From Escherichia coli (lineage in GTDB: Bacteria; Pseudomonadota; Gammaproteobacteria; Enterobacterales; Enterobacteriaceae): a stretch of DNA of 64,000 bases. Positions within the stretch are counted from its first letter, which is position 1. Every line of letters begins with the position of its first letter. The position numbers were made by a program, and so were the translations under genes. A model generated the notes under the pieces. The model had not been told where the DNA came from and did no database searches. It worked only from the letters and a program-made list of their open reading frames with translations. Below are positions 56,832 to 64,000 of this stretch, piece by piece. The stretch lies in the NCBI RefSeq assembly GCF_051903065.1, contig NZ_CP178438.1; one strand, written 5' to 3'.

Positions 56832-57543
56832 GCGCCTGCACCAGCCTTTCAAACAGGCGGTCTGCGATGATCGCCGCCAGTGCCACCAGTAACGCCCCCT
56901 GGATCACATACGCGGTATTAAATCCGCTAAGCCCGATGATGATGGGCGTACCCAGCGTGCTGGCCCCTACCGTTGAGGCGATCGTCGCCGTACCAATGTT
57001 GATAATCACCGAAGTTCGCACGCCCGCCAGAATCACCGGAGCCGCCAGCGGTAGCTCGACCTTACGCAGTCGCTGACCACGACTCATTCCCATACCTTTC
57101 GCAACTTCTGTCACACTGGCATCAATCGCTCCCAGCCCGGCAAGTGTCGCCTGCAGGACGGGCAGCACACCGTAAAGGATCAAGGCGATAATCGCTGGTT
57201 GCAGACCAAAGCCTATCACCGGAACGGCGATCGCCAGCACCGCGACGGGCGGAAAAGTCTGTCCAACGGCGGCAATAGTTTCCACCAGTGGGCGAAATTC
57301 CGCGCCCCACGGGCGAGTGACAGCAATTCCGGCACCAGTACCAATGATCACCGCAAACAAACTCGAAATTCCCACCAGCCAGAAATGAGCCAGCGCCAGG
57401 GCCGCAAAACTTTCTTGCTGATAAACGGGTCTCGGCAGTTGTGGGAACAAGGCAGCAAACAGCGGCTGGCTGTAAGGCAGCCAGAAAATCAGCGCCACAA
57501 AAAGAGCAATGAGCCAGAACAGCGGATCGCGCAACATCTTCAT
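56812..57543 (-). CDS. yehW: Osmoprotectant ABC transporter permease YehW
   Basis: 243 aa, TM-rich, ABC permease signature region. Confidence 0.88.
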
Positions 57544-57547
57544 ACGC

Positions 57548-58474
57548 TTACGCCTCCACCAGCAGATCCTGAAAATGCAGCGTGCCGCTAGGCTGGCCCT
57601 GCGTGTTCACCACCGGCAGCACCTCGCATCCCCGCGCGACAAACAGAGAGAGCGCATCGCGTAGCGTCATCTCTTCTGCCAGTGCCTCACCTTCTGCTCG
57701 TTCTTCGCGACGCACGTAATCCGCCACACTACGTAACGAAAGCAGGCGCACACCCAGTTCACTACGTCCAAAAAACTGGCGGACAAAATCATTCGCCGGA
57801 CGAGTCAGCATCGTCAGCGGATTCCCCTGCTGCACCACTTCACCGTGATCCATCAATACCAGATGTTCTGCCAGCCGTAGCGCCTCATCAATATCATGAG
57901 TGACCAGCACAATGGTACGCCCCAGCAAACGGTGAATGCGCGTCATCTCTTGTTGCAACGCGCCGCGCGTTACCGGGTCCAGTGCGCCAAAAGGTTCATC
58001 CATCAGTAAGACTTGCGGATCGGCAGCCAGTGCGCGCGCTACTCCCACACGTTGCTGCTGACCACCGGAAAGCTGATGCGGATAACGCTCACGTAAATTT
58101 GACTCCAGCCCCAGTAGCGCCATTAATTCGTCGATACGATCGTCAATCCTCGCCCGCGACCATTTTTGTAATTGCGGCACGGTGGCAATGTTTTGTGCCA
58201 CGCTCCAGTGGGGAAACAGGCCAATAGATTGAATGGCATAGCCCATCCGGCGGCGCAACTCCAGTACTGGCAGCGAGCGAATTTCTTCTCCGGCAAAGCG
58301 GATCTCTCCGCTGTCATGCTCCACCAGGCGGTTAATCATTTTCAGGGTGGTGGATTTACCGGAGCCAGATGTGCCAATCAGCACCGAAAAACTCCCTTTC
58401 TGAAAATTGAGATTGAGATCGTTAACGGCTTTTTGTGCGCCGAACAGTTTGCTGACATGGCTAAATTCAATCAT
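57548..58474 (-). CDS. yehX: Osmoprotectant ABC transporter ATP-binding protein YehX
   Basis: 308 aa; Walker [10 protein letters not shown], signature LSGGQQQR, Walker B LLMDEP. Confidence 0.9.
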   Translation of the reverse strand: MIEFSHVSKLFGAQKAVNDLNLNFQKGSFSVLIGTSGSGKSTTLKMINRLVEHDSGEIRFAGEEIRSLPVLELRRRMGYAIQSIGLFPHWSVAQNIATVPQLQKWSRARIDDRIDELMALLGLESNLRERYPHQLSGGQQQRVGVARALAADPQVLLMDEPFGALDPVTRGALQQEMTRIHRLLGRTIVLVTHDIDEALRLAEHLVLMDHGEVVQQGNPLTMLTRPANDFVRQFFGRSELGVRLLSLRSVADYVRREERAEGEALAEEMTLRDALSLFVARGCEVLPVVNTQGQPSGTLHFQDLLVEA

Positions 58475-59624
58475 TACGTTTCACCTTCAGCAGTGCGATA
58501 AGCAAATCGAACAGCGCGTCGGTAAGCACCGCCAGAACAATTACCGGGATCACCCCCAGCAACACTAAATCAATGGCGCTGCTTAGCAGCCCCTGGAAAA
58601 CCAGCGCACCAAAACCGCCTGCGCCGATTAACGCCGCAATCACCGCCATGCCTACAGTTTGCACCATCACCACCCGCAGGCTGCGCAGAAATACCGGTAA
58701 CGCCAGCGGTAACTGAACATGCAGGAATCGCTGCGCCCCGCTCATCCCCATCGCTCTGGCGCTCTCCAGCACATCGCGCGGGATCTGGTTCAAGCCTACT
58801 ACCACGCCGCGCACCAGCGGCAGCAAGGCATAGAGCACCAGCGCAATCAGTGCGGGTGTCATTCCGGTTCCTGCTATGCCGAACTTCCCCAGCCACGGAA
58901 AGGCCGTAACCAGTCCGGCAAGCGGCGCAATCAGCAGGCCAAAGAGCGCCACCGAAGGCACGGTCTGAATGACATTGAGCAGAGAAAAAATTGCCCCCTG
59001 CCGCGCAGTGGAAAAGTAGCACCAGATGCCCAACGGCACACCAATCACTAACGCAGGCAGCACCGCACCAAACAGCAACGTCAGATGTTGTGCCAGCGCG
59101 TCGTCAAACACATCCTGACGGTTGGCGTATTCTTTCATTAGTGAGAGATCGTTAAGCGTGCCGGAGTACAGCAACCACAGCGGAATAATGGCAATCTGCA
59201 TATGCAACAACCAGCGCCACAGCGGATGCGTGGAGATTCGGCGGATGGCATCGCTACAGGCCAGCAATGCCAGCGCCGCAGCCAGCCAGAAACCACTGCC
59301 GAGGCTGGTACGCGCCAGCGCACTGCCATTTTGCGCCAGTTGGGTCGCCGCCTTTCCTGCTCCCCACACCAGCAATACGAAGACGAATTGCGCCAGAATG
59401 AGTGCAAAAATGCTGCCTTTTTTAGCGGGAATAAAACAGGCTGTCAGCCAGGCGCAACCAACGCCCACCAGCATCCAAATCGTTTGCGGCCACAGCTGCC
59501 AGAGATGTCGCCCTTCACCCGAGACTAAACGATTAGGCGCGTAGCTGATAAACGGCAGCGCCGCTGCGATTGCCGTCAGCAACAGCAGCAGCGCCAGAAC
59601 AGGATTGATACGTAGATAAGTCAC
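58467..59624 (-). CDS. yehY: Osmoprotectant ABC transporter permease YehY
   Basis: 385 aa, TM-rich. Confidence 0.88.
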   Translation of the reverse strand: MTYLRINPVLALLLLLTAIAAALPFISYAPNRLVSGEGRHLWQLWPQTIWMLVGVGCAWLTACFIPAKKGSIFALILAQFVFVLLVWGAGKAATQLAQNGSALARTSLGSGFWLAAALALLACSDAIRRISTHPLWRWLLHMQIAIIPLWLLYSGTLNDLSLMKEYANRQDVFDDALAQHLTLLFGAVLPALVIGVPLGIWCYFSTARQGAIFSLLNVIQTVPSVALFGLLIAPLAGLVTAFPWLGKFGIAGTGMTPALIALVLYALLPLVRGVVVGLNQIPRDVLESARAMGMSGAQRFLHVQLPLALPVFLRSLRVVMVQTVGMAVIAALIGAGGFGALVFQGLLSSAIDLVLLGVIPVIVLAVLTDALFDLLIALLKVKRND

Positions 59625-59630
59625 GGGAAA

Positions 59631-60548
59631 TTACTTCGTCCACCCTTTTTGTTTCAGGTAGTCGGCAGCCACTTTTTTGGCATCCAGTCCTTCAACTGCA
59701 ATGCTGGCATTCAGTTGCTGCAATGTTTTTTCATCGAGGCTGGCGAAGACTGGCTGTAGCCACTGTGCCATTTGCGGATACTCCTTCAACACCGATTCAC
59801 GCACCACTGGTGCAGGCGCGTAGATAGGTTGCACGCCTTGCGGATCGCTTAAGGTTTGCAGCCCCAGCGCCGCGACCGGACCGTCAGTGCCGTAAGCCAT
59901 TGCGGCATTAACGCCAGAAGTTTGTTGGGCAGCGGCTTTAATCGTTACCGCCGTGTCGCCGCCAGCCAGTGACAGTAACTGATCCTGATCGAGTTTAAAG
60001 TCGTAGGCTTTTTCAAACGCGGGTAACGCATCGGCGCGTTCGATAAACTCTGCCGAGGCTGCCAGTTTGAAGGTGCCACCCTCTTGCAGATAACGACTCA
60101 GGTCAGCAAGCGAAGTGAGTTTGTTTTTCTCTGCCACATCCTGACGCACGGCGATGGTCCAGGTGTTATTTGCAGGTGCGGGCGTCAGCCAGATTAACTT
60201 GTTTTGCTCTGCATCGAGTTTTTTGACTTTCTCGTAACCTTGCTGCGCGTTTTTCCACGCTGCATCGTTTTCATCTTTAAAGAAAAACGCGCCATTGCCG
60301 GTATATTCCGGATAGATATCCAGTTCACCGGAAGTAATCGCCCCGCGCACCACAGGAGTCGTTCCGAGTTGCACTTTATTGACCGTCGGTACGCCGTGGC
60401 TTTCCAGTACCTGCAAAATGATATTGCCGAGCAGCGCGCCTTCAGTATCGATTTTTGAACCGACTTTAACGGGAGAAGCTGCCTGTAGCGGCAGGCTCAC
60501 GGCTGCCAACATAACCAGTGAACCTGCCCAGACCTTTGAGAGTGGCAT
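59631..60548 (-). CDS. osmF: Osmoprotectant (glycine betaine) binding periplasmic protein OsmF (YehZ)
   Basis: 305 aa with signal peptide; first gene of osmF-yehYXW. Confidence 0.9.
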   Translation of the reverse strand: MPLSKVWAGSLVMLAAVSLPLQAASPVKVGSKIDTEGALLGNIILQVLESHGVPTVNKVQLGTTPVVRGAITSGELDIYPEYTGNGAFFFKDENDAAWKNAQQGYEKVKKLDAEQNKLIWLTPAPANNTWTIAVRQDVAEKNKLTSLADLSRYLQEGGTFKLAASAEFIERADALPAFEKAYDFKLDQDQLLSLAGGDTAVTIKAAAQQTSGVNAAMAYGTDGPVAALGLQTLSDPQGVQPIYAPAPVVRESVLKEYPQMAQWLQPVFASLDEKTLQQLNASIAVEGLDAKKVAADYLKQKGWTK

Positions 60549-60659
60549 GATGCTTTCCTCATTCTTTTACTGTTGTTTTCAGCGAATTAAGAGAAAAGCA
60601 TAGTTGATAATGACAGGGTTAGCCTGAGCGGACGGATTCAGTTGCAGAATCAGATAAAT

Positions 60660-60730
60660 ACTTAAGAGGCATATTTGGTCCGGCGTTTCCTGCCGGATGC
60701 GGCGCGAGCGCCTTATCCGGCCTACAAAGG
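60660..60730. repeat. REP / palindromic unit
   Basis: tgccggatgcggcgcgagcgccttatccggcctac between osmF and bglX. Confidence 0.6.
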
Positions 60731-60799
60731 GCGAAAATTCAGCAAGTTAAGATATGAACATCAGGCAAAGGGCGCAAACATCGCGCCCTTGCTAAAGCA

Positions 60800-63097
60800 T
60801 TACAGCAACTCAAACTCGCCTTTCTTAACGCGTGCGGAATCAGTGCCGATAAAGACATTGAACTTGCCAGGCTCGGCGTCATATTTCATCTGTTGATTCC
60901 AGAACTTCAGCGCCTCGATATCAATCGGGAAGCTGACGGTCTGAGTTTCGCCCGGCTTCAGGGTGATTTTCTCAAAGCCTTTCAGCTGCTTCACTGGACG
61001 GCTCATGGAAGCCGTCACATCCTGCAAGTACATCTGCACTACCGTGGCTCCTTCGCGTTTACCGGTGTTCGTCACCTGCACGCTGGCCGTCACTTTGCCG
61101 TCACGCTTCATGGTAGGCGCAGAAAGTTTCACATCAGAGACGGTGAAAGTGGTATAGCTCAGACCATAGCCGAACGGATACAGCGCCCCGTTAGCTTCAT
61201 CAAAATAACGCGAAGTGTATTTGTTCGGCTTGTCGGCATTATACGGACGACCGGTGTTCAGATGGCTGTAGTACACCGGGATCTGCCCGACAGAACGCGG
61301 GAAGGACATCGGCAGCTTGCCGGACGGGTTGTAATCGCCAAACAATACATCGGCAATTGCATTACCTCCTTCAGTCCCCGCAAACCAGGTTTCCAGAATC
61401 GCATCAGCCTGCTGATCTTCTTTCACCAGCGCCAGCGGACGCCCGTTCATCAGCACCAGCACCAGCGGTTTACCGGTCGCTTTCAGCGCCGCAATCAAGT
61501 CACGTTGGCTTTGCGGAATAGTAATATCGGTACGGCTGGAGGCCTCGTGCGCCATCCCCTGTGCTTCACCGACCACAGCCACCACCACATCAGATTGTTT
61601 CGCAGTCTGCACCGCTTCATCAATCATCTCTTGCGGCGAGCGCGGATCGACTTTGACCGCTTCTTCATACTGATTCAGGAAATCGATAATGCCTTTGTCA
61701 CTGGTAACGTTCGCCCCTTTGGCATACAGCACTTTACCGTTTTCACCGACGGCATTTTTAATCCCGGTCAGCACGGTCACGGATTGATCTGCAACACCTG
61801 CCGCCGACCAGCTTCCCATCACGTCACGCTTGCTGTCTGCCAGCGGGCCAACCACCGCAATGGTTGCGGATTTTTTCAGCGGTAACGTTTCGAGACGGTT
61901 TTTCAGCAACACCAGGCTTTCACGCGCCACTTCACGCGCTTCTTTGCGGTGCAAGCGGCTTTCGGCATTGGTATCCACCGGGTCAGACTCTTTCGGACCG
62001 AGATGGCTGTATGGGTCGTTAAACAACCCCATATCATATTTAACGTTCAGTACATGGCGGGCAGCATCGTCCAGCTCTGCCATCGTCACTTTACCGGATT
62101 TAATCAACCCAGGCAGATACTTCGAGTAGTACTCGTCGCTCATGCTCATGTTGATTCCGGATTTCAACGCCACGCGCACCGCATCTTCCGGATCTGCCGC
62201 CGTGCCATGTTTAATCAGCTCTTTGATTGCACCGTGATCGGAAACGGTGATGCCTTTAAAACCCCACTGGTCGCGCAGAACATCTTTCAGCAGCCAGGAA
62301 TCGGAGGTGGCTGGCGTGCCGTTCAGCGAGTTCAGCGCCACCATCACCGCGCCGCTGCCTGCGTCCAGCCCCGCTTTGTACGGCGGCATATAATCATTAA
62401 ACAGGCGCTGCGGACTCATATCGACGGTGTTGTACTCTTTACCGCCTTCTACCGCACCGTATGCGGCAAAGTGTTTGACGCTGGTCATCACTGAGTAGCG
62501 ATCTGCCGGGCTTTTACCCTGCATCGCTTCCACCATGGTTTTACCCATTATTGAGGTGAGATACGTATCTTCGCCAAAACCTTCGGAAGCACGTCCCCAG
62601 CGCGGATCGCGCGAGACATCGACCATCGGTGCCCAGGTCATATTCAGGCCATCATCTGCCGCTTCATAAGCAGAGACACGTCCGACCGTTTTTACTGCAT
62701 CGAGGTTAAAAGACGAGGCCAGACCGAGGCTAATCGGGAACACCGTGCGCTGACCGTGCAGCACGTCGTAAGCAAAGAAAAGAGGAATTTTCAGGCGGCT
62801 TAATTCCATCACCTGATCCTGCATGGCGCGGATATCCTGACGGGTTACGGTGTTGAAAATCGCCCCAACCTGACCGTCTTTGATCATCTCGCGGATCGCC
62901 TCTTTCGGGTTATCCGGGCCGACGCTGATTAAGCGCAGCTGACCAATTTTCTCATCAACTGTCATTTTCTTAAGCAGTTCGGTGACGAACGCATCCCGCG
63001 CTTCAGGCGTTAATGGATGGTTACCGAATAAATCATCCGCCAGTGCTGGCTGCAGGGCCAGACTCACCGCGATTCCTACTGAACATAGCCATTTCAT
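60800..63097 (-). CDS. bglX: Periplasmic beta-glucosidase BglX (GH3)
   Basis: 765 aa from MKWLCSVGIAVSLALQPALA (signal peptide); upstream 24 codons of the ORF judged extension. Confidence 0.92.
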   Translation of the reverse strand: MKWLCSVGIAVSLALQPALADDLFGNHPLTPEARDAFVTELLKKMTVDEKIGQLRLISVGPDNPKEAIREMIKDGQVGAIFNTVTRQDIRAMQDQVMELSRLKIPLFFAYDVLHGQRTVFPISLGLASSFNLDAVKTVGRVSAYEAADDGLNMTWAPMVDVSRDPRWGRASEGFGEDTYLTSIMGKTMVEAMQGKSPADRYSVMTSVKHFAAYGAVEGGKEYNTVDMSPQRLFNDYMPPYKAGLDAGSGAVMVALNSLNGTPATSDSWLLKDVLRDQWGFKGITVSDHGAIKELIKHGTAADPEDAVRVALKSGINMSMSDEYYSKYLPGLIKSGKVTMAELDDAARHVLNVKYDMGLFNDPYSHLGPKESDPVDTNAESRLHRKEAREVARESLVLLKNRLETLPLKKSATIAVVGPLADSKRDVMGSWSAAGVADQSVTVLTGIKNAVGENGKVLYAKGANVTSDKGIIDFLNQYEEAVKVDPRSPQEMIDEAVQTAKQSDVVVAVVGEAQGMAHEASSRTDITIPQSQRDLIAALKATGKPLVLVLMNGRPLALVKEDQQADAILETWFAGTEGGNAIADVLFGDYNPSGKLPMSFPRSVGQIPVYYSHLNTGRPYNADKPNKYTSRYFDEANGALYPFGYGLSYTTFTVSDVKLSAPTMKRDGKVTASVQVTNTGKREGATVVQMYLQDVTASMSRPVKQLKGFEKITLKPGETQTVSFPIDIEALKFWNQQMKYDAEPGKFNVFIGTDSARVKKGEFELL

Positions 63098-63292
63098 ATG
63101 GATTTTTCTTCCTTTGTTGCCCGACGTGGCAGCGAAAATGGTGCAAAAACCGTAGTTTGCCATAAGCATGATGGAGAGAGAAAAAGAATGCTCAGTTTAT
63201 TGTCTGAATTTTCAAAATATTCACTCGCTGAATTGTCATACAAGGCGCTATTCTAGTTTGTGATATTTTTTCGCCACCACAAGGAGTGGAAA

Positions 63293-64000
63293 ATGTCTTC
63301 CATGACAACAACTGATAATAAAGCCTTTTTGAATGAACTTGCCCGTCTGGTCGGTCATTCACACCTGCTCACCGATCCCGCAAAAACGGCCCGCTATCGC
63401 AAGGGCTTCCGTTCTGGTCAGGGCGACGCGCTGGCTGTCGTTTTCCCTGGCTCACTACTGGAATTGTGGCGGGTGCTGAAAGCCTGCGTCACCGCCGACA
63501 AAATTATTCTGATGCAGGCTGCCAATACAGGCCTGACCGAAGGATCGACGCCAAACGGTAACGATTATGATCGCGATATCGTGATCATCAGCACCCTGCG
63601 TCTCGACAAGCTGCACGTTCTCGGCAAGGGCGAACAGGTGCTGGCCTATCCGGGCACCACGCTTTATTCGCTGGAAAAAGCCCTCAAACCGCTGGGACGC
63701 GAACCGCACTCGGTGATTGGTTCATCGTGCATTGGCGCATCGGTCATCGGCGGTATTTGTAACAACTCAGGCGGCTCGCTGGTGCAACGTGGCCCGGCGT
63801 ATACCGAAATGTCGTTATTCGCACGCATAGATGAAAACGGCAAGCTGACGTTGGTTAACCACCTGGGGATTGATCTGGGCGAAACGCCGGAGCAGATCCT
63901 TAGCAAGCTGGATGACGATCGCATCAAAGATGACGATGTGCGTCACGATGGTCGTCACGCCCACGATTATGACTATGTCCACCGCGTTCGTGATATTGAA
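63293..64000 (+). CDS. dld: FAD-dependent D-lactate dehydrogenase Dld, N-terminal part (3' end outside window)
   Basis: MSSMTTTDNKAFLNELARLVGHSHLL...; SD aaggagtggaaaATG; runs to window end. Confidence 0.92.
   Translation, partial: MSSMTTTDNKAFLNELARLVGHSHLLTDPAKTARYRKGFRSGQGDALAVVFPGSLLELWRVLKACVTADKIILMQAANTGLTEGSTPNGNDYDRDIVIISTLRLDKLHVLGKGEQVLAYPGTTLYSLEKALKPLGREPHSVIGSSCIGASVIGGICNNSGGSLVQRGPAYTEMSLFARIDENGKLTLVNHLGIDLGETPEQILSKLDDDRIKDDDVRHDGRHAHDYDYVHRVRDIE

Overview
This 64 kb window is an Escherichia coli chromosomal segment syntenic with the K-12 baeSR - yeg - gat - thiMD - rcn - yeh - metG - btsSR - osmF - bglX - dld region; gene identities are recognised from the translated ORFs and nothing was searched against a database. 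Most of it is ordinary core genome, with four places that deviate from the intact K-12-like arrangement: (1) an IS3-family element of 1432 bp (IS1397-like) inserted into a REP/palindromic unit between gatY and fbaB; (2) gatZ carries a +1 frameshift in an A-run and is called a pseudogene; (3) downstream of metG there is a tandem array of three giant paralogous ORFs (WGR/DUF4132 molR-yehI family), the first frameshifted, followed by a translationally coupled MoxR AAA+ / VWA / SWIM module (yehLMPQ) of unknown function, which is the best candidate for an undescribed system here; (4) the yehK-yehL intergenic region holds a tandemly duplicated ~495 bp unit, each copy encoding a 29-aa ZorO-type toxin and a divergent Orz-type antisense sRNA (type I toxin-antitoxin, absent from K-12 as far as I recall). 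Also present are the CyaR sRNA, the thiM TPP riboswitch and the tandem RcnR operators. No rRNA, tRNA or CRISPR array was seen.
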